Shown here: piece after piece, positions 29,068-38,283 of the stretch
Layout: each line of letters opens with the position of its first letter
Position numbering within the stretch: the first letter of the stretch is position 1
Assembly: GCA_013166835.1 (NCBI GenBank)
Contig: JABLTI010000002.1
Location: 22,911-86,910, forward strand
Length of the DNA: 64,000 bases
Source: Promethearchaeati archaeon
GTDB lineage: Archaea > Asgardarchaeota > Heimdallarchaeia > JABLTI01
Direction of reading: 5' to 3'
Translations under genes and position numbers: made by a program
Notes under the pieces: generated by a model
What the model was told of the DNA's origin: nothing
The model's input: only the letters and a program-made list of their open reading frames with translations
Databases searched by the model: none

Positions 29068-29409
29068 TTAACTTAATGGTGGATAAAGGATTAATACCAA
29101 AATTACAGCAATTACCATTAGAATAAAAATAATAGTCCATACTATGAAAGTATTTCTCAATGTATCCGGTTTGTCAAGTAGTCTTAATCTTAAAGAGATT
29201 GTAATCACAACCATGATGAATGGCAAGAGAACAATGGGAAAAACTCGTACATTTATTTCTGTTCCAATTAAATTGAAAATAATTTCAATGATTCCAACTA
29301 CTAACCATGCTAAAGTTGCGAGGTCCATAATTTTGATTTCAAGTGGGTATTCTCTCCAAGCTGCGAATCGTATAGTTTTCTTAGGTTCGGAAATTTCGGT
29401 GCTGCTCAT
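29068..29409 (-). CDS. Small three-TM membrane protein
   Basis: Three hydrophobic segments. Confidence 0.65.
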   Translation of the reverse strand: MSSTEISEPKKTIRFAAWREYPLEIKIMDLATLAWLVVGIIEIIFNLIGTEINVRVFPIVLLPFIMVVITISLRLRLLDKPDTLRNTFIVWTIIFILMVIAVILVLILYPPLS

Positions 29410-29506
29410 AGTTATTCCTCACTGTTTATGTTCAGTTCTAGAATCGAATTTTCTTTAATAATCTTTAAATCTTTTTATGGGATTTTCTTTTAGATTTTTT
29501 AGAATA

Positions 29507-30424
29507 TTATATTTCTCCACCAACTAATTCCCTTCTTTTTCTCAATCTATAGATAATTGTCCCCACAATAACGACTCCGTAAAATGTAATTGTAATGCTA
29601 AAGATTGTGTTTTGATTAATATTCTTAAGTGGGAGAAGTTCAGCATTTGTATCTCTAAGTTTGAAGAAAACAGCCATTCTCCTGTCAGTGACAGGTTCTA
29701 CAAAATATCCAGCCATATAAAATAATACTCCATACCAATCACTACTACCATGTCTCGCATATCCATATAACAAAGTCATGTTTAGTGTGCTACCAAAAGT
29801 CCTGAACATAATAACCTCGTAATATTTGTCTAATATAGAGATGGATTCACTTCTTGTTGTAGTAGAAGTATAATTCTGAATTTTAACCGTGGAATTAAAC
29901 GCAAGATCCTGTGGGAAAACCCACATAGGTGTCGGAATGATTTCTTCAGTTCTGTCGAAAAAGTAATCCCAAAACAACCAGATGATATAGGTGTTTTCAG
30001 TTGCGATATCTAAATGTCGAGTAAGTAAGTCTTCACTTCCACCTGTGGTTTCATTATAGAAATCTAAAGGTGAAACAACTTCAACATGGAATTCTCCATA
30101 AATATGGGTGTCATCTAGCATTGTTAAATATTCAATGGATAAAGTTCCGGATGCAGCAATAATACTGCCAGTAGACTGTGTGATATCATAAAGTAATTCC
30201 ATCCCAACAAATGGAAATAGTTCCTCATCTTCCTGAGCATTAACTGTCAAAGGGTTTATCTCAACGAGTTTGCTGGTTAAATCTACAAAGAAAATACAGA
30301 GTACGATTAGTGAAACTTTAATGAAAATTTTACTTGGAATTCTTTTTCTAACCAGCATGATATATCTCACATTCACAAATATACTTACTAACTTGTCAGT
30401 ATTTATTGTTTCTATTATTTTCAA
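29507..30424 (-). CDS. Secreted/surface protein with signal peptide and C-terminal TM anchor
   Basis: Signal-like segment after MLVRKR; C-terminal TM followed by RLRKRR. Confidence 0.65.
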   Translation of the reverse strand: MKIIETINTDKLVSIFVNVRYIMLVRKRIPSKIFIKVSLIVLCIFFVDLTSKLVEINPLTVNAQEDEELFPFVGMELLYDITQSTGSIIAASGTLSIEYLTMLDDTHIYGEFHVEVVSPLDFYNETTGGSEDLLTRHLDIATENTYIIWLFWDYFFDRTEEIIPTPMWVFPQDLAFNSTVKIQNYTSTTTRSESISILDKYYEVIMFRTFGSTLNMTLLYGYARHGSSDWYGVLFYMAGYFVEPVTDRRMAVFFKLRDTNAELLPLKNINQNTIFSITITFYGVVIVGTIIYRLRKRRELVGGEI

Positions 30425-30539
30425 GTAAAAGAAAGCAAATGTATTAAAGATTATTACTCGACTTTCCTAACAACTAGGAAGAATTTTAACTTTGAAAAAC
30501 CATTAACTTATAGTTTACGCAAAATTATGAGGAACATGA

Positions 30540-31478
30540 ATGGACCCAATAATTAAGGTGGAGAATGTATCAAAAATATTCGGTCGATACATATCCCGAG
30601 CTAGAGTAACTTCATTACGAGATATTGATTTCACAATCAAAAAAGGTGAAAGAATTTGTTTATTCGGTCCAAATGGTGCTGGAAAATCAACTTTAATGAA
30701 AGCAATAATGGGCTTACTCAAGCCAACAGAAGGGCAAATCTACATTAAAGGTTATAATGTTCGATGGAACCCACTAAAAGTAAAACAAAGCATAGGTTAC
30801 TTGCCTTCTGAGTTAGATTTCTATCTGAATACCCCATGTAAAGAATCGCTATTTCATTTTGGAATTTTGAGAGGCCTTCCCAGAAAAGTAGCATTGCAAG
30901 AGACTGATAGATTATTAGAATTAATTGGCTTAGCAAAATGGTGGGATCTACCTCCAAAATTAATGTCATCAGGTATGAAACAAAGATTTAGTCTTTCATT
31001 AGCAATTATTGGAGATCCGGAGATAATTCTCTTTGATGAACCAGTCGCCTTTATAGATGTTCAAGGAAAATTGAAAGTCTATCAATTAGTACAAGATTAT
31101 GTTAAAGACAAAGCAAAAACAGTCATCATGTCCACACATAATATCCAAGATGCTCTAGTAATGAGTGATCGTTTAATCCTCATGGATAGAGGACGAATAA
31201 TAGTCGATGGACCAATTACAGAAGTTATTACAAAACGATGTAAGTCTATGGAAATTATCCTATCACAAGACGTTCCCTCTAAAAAGGAAATAGTAAAAGT
31301 TATTGGAGAAGAGGATTTCGAGCTCTCGGGCCGAAAAATCTTGGTACGATCAGAAAATGCTTTGCAAATTAGCACCTCAATTGTAAATAGACTCCAAGAG
31401 AATAAAATCTCGGTGTTTTCATTCAGACCTTTTGTAGAACAGAGGAGAACTAAAAACGATGCGGAGGAAGCAACCTAG
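30540..31478 (+). CDS. ABC transporter ATP-binding protein
   Basis: GPNGAGKS, MSSGMKQR, LFDEP, STH. Confidence 0.93.
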   Translation: MDPIIKVENVSKIFGRYISRARVTSLRDIDFTIKKGERICLFGPNGAGKSTLMKAIMGLLKPTEGQIYIKGYNVRWNPLKVKQSIGYLPSELDFYLNTPCKESLFHFGILRGLPRKVALQETDRLLELIGLAKWWDLPPKLMSSGMKQRFSLSLAIIGDPEIILFDEPVAFIDVQGKLKVYQLVQDYVKDKAKTVIMSTHNIQDALVMSDRLILMDRGRIIVDGPITEVITKRCKSMEIILSQDVPSKKEIVKVIGEEDFELSGRKILVRSENALQISTSIVNRLQENKISVFSFRPFVEQRRTKNDAEEAT

Positions 31479-31488
31479 GTGATGCATT

Positions 31489-32376
31489 ATGGGAACAGAA
31501 CCTCTTGAACCTCAAAAAAAGAACTTTTTCAGTCGTTTATTTATGCAAATAACAGAAAGAAATCCCCTCTTAGAAATCCGGGAAACAAGTGAAATAGTAA
31601 GATACGAATTCAAAAGAATAATTCTAACATTAAAATTCTTTATTGCCTTATCTTTTGTTTTGCTTCCCGCAATAATATTCTTGAATTCAATTGCAAGCGA
31701 TTATGAAGCATTACTACTAGATTTTGGAGTAGATGCATTTAGAGCTTTCAGCGCAGCAGGATTTGTGAATATTGGACAATTCCTCCTACAAATGATTGGA
31801 ATTATGTTGACATTAGACAGTTTTGGAAAAGTAGCTGATGATAGTATGAAGAGATATTTTGCATTACCAGTAAGAAAAAATAATCTATACATTGCTCATG
31901 CAATAACTGCATTTTTGGGGACCATTTTAACAGGACTACTTGGCATAATAGTATTCAATCTAATACTCTGGATTTGGACAGGAGTCTCGTTAACATTCTT
32001 GCTAATAGTAAAATCATTCTTTTTAATATCAGCAGGAGCATTTCTAGCAATATCAATAACCACTTTATTTGTTATAATCGCGAACTTTTTCGGTTTCGCA
32101 AGTTCTATAGCCATAGTTCCAACACTCTTTATTTTCTATATTATCCCCTTCCTAGTTAATTTCGTAACATCTTTCGCATTTGGTTTGCCAGAAGCATATC
32201 AATGGACGTTTATGTATCAACTGGCAGTCGCAACGGATTTCATGATAGAACCTTTCATCGGACTGCAACTGAGTCTGGAACAAGTAACAAATAGGAATGC
32301 ATGGTTAATAATTGGAATAATCAGTGGTATCACACAAATACTATCACTAATTATTTTTGCTGGAAGTGAAAAATAA
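31489..32376 (+). CDS. ABC-2 type permease
   Basis: Six TM helices, YEFKR start, LPVRK loop; follows the ABC ATPase. Confidence 0.85.
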   Translation: MGTEPLEPQKKNFFSRLFMQITERNPLLEIRETSEIVRYEFKRIILTLKFFIALSFVLLPAIIFLNSIASDYEALLLDFGVDAFRAFSAAGFVNIGQFLLQMIGIMLTLDSFGKVADDSMKRYFALPVRKNNLYIAHAITAFLGTILTGLLGIIVFNLILWIWTGVSLTFLLIVKSFFLISAGAFLAISITTLFVIIANFFGFASSIAIVPTLFIFYIIPFLVNFVTSFAFGLPEAYQWTFMYQLAVATDFMIEPFIGLQLSLEQVTNRNAWLIIGIISGITQILSLIIFAGSEK

Positions 32377-32389
32377 AAGAAAGAGGAAA

Positions 32390-33811
32390 CTAAATTCTTG
32401 GTTTTATGTAGTTAGTTTCCATTAATAGATCTGTTAAGTTACGAGCATATTTTATCTTTTCCGAAACGATTTTGTAAAGCTCTTCTTCTTCCATTTCATT
32501 TCGAGCGATCCCTTGTTCAATAGCTTTCATTCCTACTCGTGTAGCCTCGAGTAAATAGACTTCAGTTTCACTCATTTTGGGTATCACATAGTCTTCCTTC
32601 AAACCATTCTTCTCTGCAACTTCAACTAGAGCATGTGCAGCAGCAATACACATTTCATCTGTAATTGTTTTCGCATGAACATCCAATGCTCCACGGAAAA
32701 TAGCTGGAAATCCTAAACTATTGTTGATCTGATTTGGAAAATCACTGCGTCCAGTGCCAACTACTTTAGCACCAGCATCTTTAGCATCCCAAGGCCAAAT
32801 TTCAGGAAGCGGATTTGCACAAGCAAATACAATGGAATCTTTAGCCATATGAGATATCCATTCTTCCTTTATAGTCCCAGGTTTAGAACGAGCAGCAGAA
32901 ATTACAACATCAGCACCTTTGGTAGCATCACCAAAATCACCACTAATGTCATCTTTATTTGTTTTATGAGCCAAATCGTATTTGAATGGGTCATATTCCT
33001 TTTGTGCAATAACATCTTGACGTTTATCATTGAGAATGCCTTTTGAATCACACATGATAATGTTATTCGGATCAGCACCTGCAGCTATTAACAAATATGC
33101 AGTCCTAGTGTTTGCTGCACCAACACCAAGCATAGCAATTTTAGCTTGATCAAGTTCTTTACCAACAAATTTCAGAGCACCAAGAACACCTGCAAGAACA
33201 ACAGTGCCAGTTCCTTGAGCGTCATCGTGAAAAACTGGGATTTCAACTTCAGGATCATTTCTTAACGCTTCAAGCACTTTGTAGCACTTGGGTTTAGAAA
33301 TATCCTCTAAATTAATACCTCCAAATGATGGTTGAATGAGTTTAACTGTTCGGATGATATCTTCAGGATCCTTAGTATTCAAACAGAGAGGAACTGCATC
33401 AACACCACCCAAGTATTTGAAAAGTAAGCTCTTCCCCTCCATTACGGGCATTGCAGCTTCAGGACCGATATCCCCTAATCCTAACACTCGGGTTCCGTCA
33501 GAAACGACTGCAATAATATTGGATTTGTTAGTGTGCTCATAAACTTGTTCTTTGTCCTCTTTAATTGCTAAACAAGGAGCAGCAACTCCTGGAGTATACC
33601 ACACACTGAAAGCATCAAATCCCCATATAGAACATTTAGGAACAGTCTGCATTTTACCTTTGTAATATGGATGTAGTTTCATAGCTTCTTTCTCAGGTCT
33701 CTTAGCCTTCTTTATCAATTCTTCTTCAGTAACTTTTTTCTCTGTCAATCCTTTCATCTTCTCAGAATAAGTTTTATGAATGGAATAGCTTGAACTATTT
33801 AAAATATCCAT
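32390..33811 (-). CDS. NAD(P)-dependent malic enzyme
   Basis: YTPGVA, VVSDGTRVLGLGDIG, MEGK, INLEDI, FHDDAQGT, GAA, ANP.PEI, TGRSDFPNQINN; true start probably somewhat downstream of the ORF start. Confidence 0.95.
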   Translation of the reverse strand: MDILNSSSYSIHKTYSEKMKGLTEKKVTEEELIKKAKRPEKEAMKLHPYYKGKMQTVPKCSIWGFDAFSVWYTPGVAAPCLAIKEDKEQVYEHTNKSNIIAVVSDGTRVLGLGDIGPEAAMPVMEGKSLLFKYLGGVDAVPLCLNTKDPEDIIRTVKLIQPSFGGINLEDISKPKCYKVLEALRNDPEVEIPVFHDDAQGTGTVVLAGVLGALKFVGKELDQAKIAMLGVGAANTRTAYLLIAAGADPNNIIMCDSKGILNDKRQDVIAQKEYDPFKYDLAHKTNKDDISGDFGDATKGADVVISAARSKPGTIKEEWISHMAKDSIVFACANPLPEIWPWDAKDAGAKVVGTGRSDFPNQINNSLGFPAIFRGALDVHAKTITDEMCIAAAHALVEVAEKNGLKEDYVIPKMSETEVYLLEATRVGMKAIEQGIARNEMEEEELYKIVSEKIKYARNLTDLLMETNYIKPRI

Positions 33812-33915
33812 CGCTTCAAACTATAAAAGAAATATTTAACAAGAAATGATTTTATCAAAAAAAGAGAAATGCTTAAAACAGATGAGGAAAAGAACAAAAC
33901 AAGCTAGGTATACGA

Positions 33916-34062
33916 GTCGAGGTAGCCTAGCCTGGTTTCGGATGTCCATGCGTGTTCATTCGCCAGAATGGGCGCCTGACTCATAATCAGATCAATGAAA
34001 ATCAGGGCCAGATTTGATGGGACATCAGGAGGTCGGGGGATCAAAGCCCCCCCTCGACACCA
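33916..34062 (+). tRNA. tRNA-Met(CAT), elongator type, with two BHB introns (D-loop ~33938-33968 and canonical 37/38 at 33986-34023)
   Basis: Acceptor GTCGAGG/CCTCGAC plus A-CCA; D-stem GCCT/GGGC; anticodon stem CCTGA/TCAGG with CAT at 33982-84; T-stem GGGGG/CCCCC; bulge-helix-bulge structures at both introns. Confidence 0.9.
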
Positions 34063-34068
34063 TTAATT

Positions 34069-34545
34069 TCAATGTTTAAAACAATTTTCGAGTTTTTTTT
34101 AATTCAGAAGCATGTGTGATAGTATAATAAAAATCTAAAACTCAAATTATACGATACTATTCATCATATTGGATATCAGATGCGGTTTGTGTTATTACGT
34201 CAGAATACTTACTTAAAACACGTTTTCTCTCTTCATGCAACATAAGAAATATGTTTTATATGAATTTAACATAGCAAGCTTCTGAAATATCACTAGCTCT
34301 TTTTTTTATACTAATTATTTTGCTTATAATTGGTATCGATTTCTTAACTTCATCTGTATATAGTTTTGTAATAAGCTTGTCTGATTTGAAAAATATCTTA
34401 GCTATGCGTCCATATAACGTTTCAGAGGCTGTTTGACCTATTTTAACTCACTTGCCTGCTTGAATAATCAAACCATTCTTTTTAAAAACAACAAGATATT
34501 TCTAATTGGTTTTTCCTCTAAGCTCCTTTTTTTTTTAATTTCTAA
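34069..34545 (-). pseudogene. Decayed 3' portion of a wHTH regulator (paralog of 35841..36545)
   Basis: Translates GK*VKIGQTASETLYGRIAKIFFKSDK...ISEACYVKFI*...LENCFKH* vs GKRVKMGQTASETLYGRTAKVYFKSDK...LNDCIKS*; at least two in-frame stops; 5' half missing. Confidence 0.85.
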
Positions 34546-34640
34546 TAGCATTTTTTCTTTGAAAAAAGTCATAACCATTCTCAAATAAATTAGAATGTAT
34601 GTAAGGAATATTTAAGAATAAGTTAGATTACCACATAATT

Positions 34641-35522
34641 ATGAATCAGTCCAAATTAAAAGAATTAACAAGTAAGATCTATTATTTACCTTTTGGTGAA
34701 AATTATCGCCCTAATTTGGTAGCAATAGTAGGAGCACAAATTACTTTATTAGTAGATGCAGGGAATTCTCCAAAACATGCAAAATTGTTTTTAGAAGAAT
34801 TATCTAAATGTGATATCGCACCCATAAAATATGTAGCTTTAACTCATTGGCATTGGGATCATCATTTCGGATTAGCAGCAATGAATTTTACAAGTATAGC
34901 TCATTTCAAAACAAAAGAGAAAATGGTAGAACTAAGTCACTTTTCTTGGGATGATGAGTCAATACAAAAAAGAGTGGAAGAAGGAACAGAAAATATCTTT
35001 GTGAGAGATGGTATCAAACAAGAATTTCCTGAAGCAAATAGAACAATTCAAATTGGTACCATAGATATTTCATTCACTGAAAAATTAGAAATTCAGCTTG
35101 GTGATCTCTTTTGTATAATAGAGAACGTTGGAGGAGATCATTCATCCGATTCTAGTATAATATTCGTTCCAGAAGAGAAGGTTGTCTTAACCGGTGATTG
35201 TTTATCTCCAAATCCTTATAGAAAAGACGGCAAAATTGAATATCGAACCGAAAAATTATTTCCTTTGATTGACAAGCTTAAAAGCTATAATGCTGAATAT
35301 TATGTCAATTCACATGGTTTACCAATGACTAGAACGACCTTTGAAAAGTGGTGTCAGGAATTTATTTTAATTGGTTCGTTAGTAGAGAAACAGAATAAGC
35401 AATTCGAAGAAATTCTAAGTGAATTAAAAAACAAAGCTCACAAAGAAAACAAAGCTATTGATGATAGTTGGCTCGAAGAAAAAAGTTTTATTATTCAAGC
35501 ATTTCTGAATGGTTTAGATTGA
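34641..35522 (+). CDS. Metallo-beta-lactamase-fold hydrolase
   Basis: VDAGNS, THWHWDH, GDHS.DS, GD, SHG. Confidence 0.92.
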   Translation: MNQSKLKELTSKIYYLPFGENYRPNLVAIVGAQITLLVDAGNSPKHAKLFLEELSKCDIAPIKYVALTHWHWDHHFGLAAMNFTSIAHFKTKEKMVELSHFSWDDESIQKRVEEGTENIFVRDGIKQEFPEANRTIQIGTIDISFTEKLEIQLGDLFCIIENVGGDHSSDSSIIFVPEEKVVLTGDCLSPNPYRKDGKIEYRTEKLFPLIDKLKSYNAEYYVNSHGLPMTRTTFEKWCQEFILIGSLVEKQNKQFEEILSELKNKAHKENKAIDDSWLEEKSFIIQAFLNGLD

Positions 35523-35779
35523 ACTAAAAGGAGAAATGTTTGTGTTCGAGCTATTTCTTCTTTTGAGTAGTTCTTTTGTTTTTATTTTTTGGGTAATATT
35601 ATGATTGAGATATAAGTTATTGCTAGGTTACTTTTTTTAAAGCTATAAAATCTGGAAAAGATTAGGTAATAAAATCGCAACCCAATTCGAGCTCAACATA
35701 TTGCTTGAATACTTTAGCAAGTTTACAACCCTTTACAATATACTCTCCTTTATCATTTTGAAAAACGTCTTCATGAAGA

Positions 35780-35836
35780 CCAAATTTGATGTGACGTCAG
35801 GAGGTCGTGGGATAAAAGCCCGCCCTCGACACCATT
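35780..35836 (+). repeat. Degenerate direct repeat of the tRNA-Met 3' half (att-like)
   Basis: CCAAATTTGATGTGACGTCAGGAGGTCGTGGGATAAAAGCCCGCCCTCGACACCATT vs CCAGATTTGATGGGACATCAGGAGGTCGGGGGATCAAAGCCCCCCCTCGACACCATT (34008-34064). Confidence 0.9.
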
Positions 35837-35840
35837 CATT

Positions 35841-36545
35841 CTAGGATTTTATGCAATCATTAAGTAATTTTTTCAATTCTGATGCATGTGTTATTAAGTA
35901 GTATATATCAAGAAATTGATTAACAAGATTCAATTCATTATATTTAGCATCAACTGCAGTTTTGGTAATTTCTTCTGAATATTTACTTAATACTCGTTTT
36001 CTTTCATTATGCAGCATAATATAACACTCTTTTACAAATTTAGTAAGGCACTCTTCTGAGATTTCTTTTGCTTTTTTTTCCATACTAATTATTTTTGCAA
36101 TAATTGGTATTGATTTCTTAATCTCATTTACACGTAGTTTTGTAAAATCCTTATCTGATTTGAAGTAAACCTTAGCTGTACGACCATATAATGTTTCAGA
36201 TGCAGTTTGACCCATCTTAACTCGTTTACCTGCATGAACTACTAATCCTAATTTTATCAAGATATCAAGATATTTGTAAAGTGTTTTACCTTTTCGTTCA
36301 GCTTTTTCTCTAATTTCCTTCTTCTCTTTATCTTCTAAAGGCATCTTTTCGATTTTTTTAGCAATAATCAAATTATATTCTCTTTCCAATTCTTTAACAG
36401 ACATGGGTCCTTTTCGTAAAGCAATTAAAATTGGTTCATATCTTGGATCTTCTATTACTTCCCAAATTTTTTTGTCACCTAAGATTTCAAATGCTTTTTC
36501 TTCTGTAGTTACAAAATCTCGATAATCCAATTTCATCACATGCAT
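35841..36545 (-). CDS. Winged-helix (ArsR-like) transcriptional regulator
   Basis: ILIALRKGPMSVKEL...KTLYKYLDIL.KLGLV...ETLYGRTAK. Confidence 0.82.
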   Translation of the reverse strand: MHVMKLDYRDFVTTEEKAFEILGDKKIWEVIEDPRYEPILIALRKGPMSVKELEREYNLIIAKKIEKMPLEDKEKKEIREKAERKGKTLYKYLDILIKLGLVVHAGKRVKMGQTASETLYGRTAKVYFKSDKDFTKLRVNEIKKSIPIIAKIISMEKKAKEISEECLTKFVKECYIMLHNERKRVLSKYSEEITKTAVDAKYNELNLVNQFLDIYYLITHASELKKLLNDCIKS

Positions 36546-36580
36546 TTAATAATTATTTAATAATGCTAAAGGATTAAAAC

Positions 36581-36668
36581 TTTTCTCCAGTTATGAAAAA
36601 ATGTTTCTCTAGTTATAGAAACATTAATATATAGAATTAGAGAATTATTTCTCTATAATTGGAGAAAA
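36581..36668. promoter_or_regulatory. Three imperfect palindromic operators between the divergent regulator and MFS genes
   Basis: TTTCTCCAGTTATGAAAAA, TTTCTCTAGTTATAGAAAC and (reverse complement) TTTCTCCAATTATAGAGAAA. Confidence 0.65.
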
Positions 36669-36681
36669 TTGTCTGTGATAA

Positions 36682-38064
36682 ATGATGTTGGAAACAGAAA
36701 CTAAGCAACCAAAAATACAATCAAATATGAAAGGTTTCATGTTTTTCTGGTCTGGCCAATTAGTATCAATATTAGGATCTACTATTATACAATTTGTATT
36801 AACATGGTGGATCACTATTGAAACATCGAGTCCGCTTTTATTATCATTAGCTATGTTTGTTGGTTTTATACCAACGATAATCTTAACTCCTATTGCTGGA
36901 GTATTTGTTGATAGATGGAATAGAAAAGCACTAATTGGTACTGTTGATTTTCTACAAGCAGCAGTAACCGTAGTATTACTGTTCCTTTTCAGATATGATT
37001 TTGTTACTATTCCTATTTTATTGATCTTCTTAGCTGTTCGAGGAGTGTTTCAAGCGTTTCATCAACCAAGTCTTATGGCCTTAATTCCCATTATGGTTCC
37101 TCGAAAACATCTTGGTCGAGTAAATAGTATTGCTTTTTTCTTCAACAGCATCATATTCCTCATAGGTCCTATCATTGCTGCTTTCTTGTATAAATTTCTA
37201 GCAGTTTACCATATTCTGTGGATAGATGCTGCAACATTTTCTATTGCTGTCATTCCATTAATCTTCATAAAAATTCCAAAGATTATCAAAGAGAAAGTAG
37301 AGACCAAAGAAAAGAAGAAGTTTTTTGCAGACCTTAAAGTAGGATTTGCCTTTATTAAAGAGAAAAAAGGATTGCTTCCACTCCTAGGTGCATTTACAGG
37401 AGGAAATTTCTTTATGATGCCTTTGTTCACCTTACTCAATCTTTTTATTTATTCTACGCATGCTGGAACTGAAACAAATTTAGCTTTTGTTCTTGCATTT
37501 AATCAAGCTGGAGTGATCGTCGGATCAATACTCTTTATAATATGGAAAGGATTTAAGAAAAAAGCACTTGGTGTCATAATTGGTCTTCTCTGCATGTATT
37601 CTGGTTTCATGTTTCTAACATTCGCTCCGAGTCAGTGGTTCTGGTTTATAGGCATAGGTTTTATGATAATAGGATTCGGTTTGCCAATGGCGAACATCTC
37701 AAGTCAAACCATTTGGCAATCTGTAGTTCCAAAAGAGAAGTTAGGTAGAATTATGTCAGTAAGAATGGCTATTGCTCAATTTACTGCGCCTCTTGGTATG
37801 ATATTGAGTGGCGTTATAACTGATGCTATTGCTAGAAGACTTGCTAAGAATGTTGCTCAAGACGTTGCTGATGCATTATCAATAAAGTACATCTTCATCG
37901 GAGCGACGGTTTTAGGCATAGTTTTTCTAGCAATTTCATGGTTATTCACCTCAATGAGACATGTTGAACAAGGAATTATTCCCATAGAAGATGATGCATT
38001 GAAGTTAGAAACAGATGATCTTTTTGATGTAGAACCTTCCACAAAATTAACAACAGTGGATTAG
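36682..38064 (+). CDS. MFS efflux transporter (MefA/DHA3-like)
   Basis: FWSGQLVSILGS, AGVFVDRWNRK motif A, about 12 TM helices. Confidence 0.92.
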   Translation: MMLETETKQPKIQSNMKGFMFFWSGQLVSILGSTIIQFVLTWWITIETSSPLLLSLAMFVGFIPTIILTPIAGVFVDRWNRKALIGTVDFLQAAVTVVLLFLFRYDFVTIPILLIFLAVRGVFQAFHQPSLMALIPIMVPRKHLGRVNSIAFFFNSIIFLIGPIIAAFLYKFLAVYHILWIDAATFSIAVIPLIFIKIPKIIKEKVETKEKKKFFADLKVGFAFIKEKKGLLPLLGAFTGGNFFMMPLFTLLNLFIYSTHAGTETNLAFVLAFNQAGVIVGSILFIIWKGFKKKALGVIIGLLCMYSGFMFLTFAPSQWFWFIGIGFMIIGFGLPMANISSQTIWQSVVPKEKLGRIMSVRMAIAQFTAPLGMILSGVITDAIARRLAKNVAQDVADALSIKYIFIGATVLGIVFLAISWLFTSMRHVEQGIIPIEDDALKLETDDLFDVEPSTKLTTVD

Positions 38065-38283
38065 AATTCAAACCTATATGTAATAGGTTTGAATAATCCA
38101 CTTTCTTTTTTTATAAAACTCAATAATTATTTGATATTTTTTGCGAGTAAAAAAAAGATACCTTTTAATGTAATGTGTTTGCTAGTTCTTGAATGTAAAG
38201 AAAACATTTATACAAAAGCGGTAATATTTCGTTTTATACGTTTAAATCGAAATTTCGACAATGAATAACAGGAGATTTGTTCC

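Noticed and set aside
34448-34450. In-frame TGA as selenocysteine or recoding
   Set aside because: It aligns with Arg (CGA) in the intact paralog, and the same frame has another stop and lacks the 5' half, so this is ordinary decay.
34063-35780. Provirus or integrative element
   Set aside because: Only about 1.8 kb, with no integrase, replication or virion genes.
35780-35836. Second tRNA gene or split-tRNA half
   Set aside because: It lacks a 5' half, substitutions disrupt the T-stem and BHB helix, and there is no complementary leader for trans-splicing.
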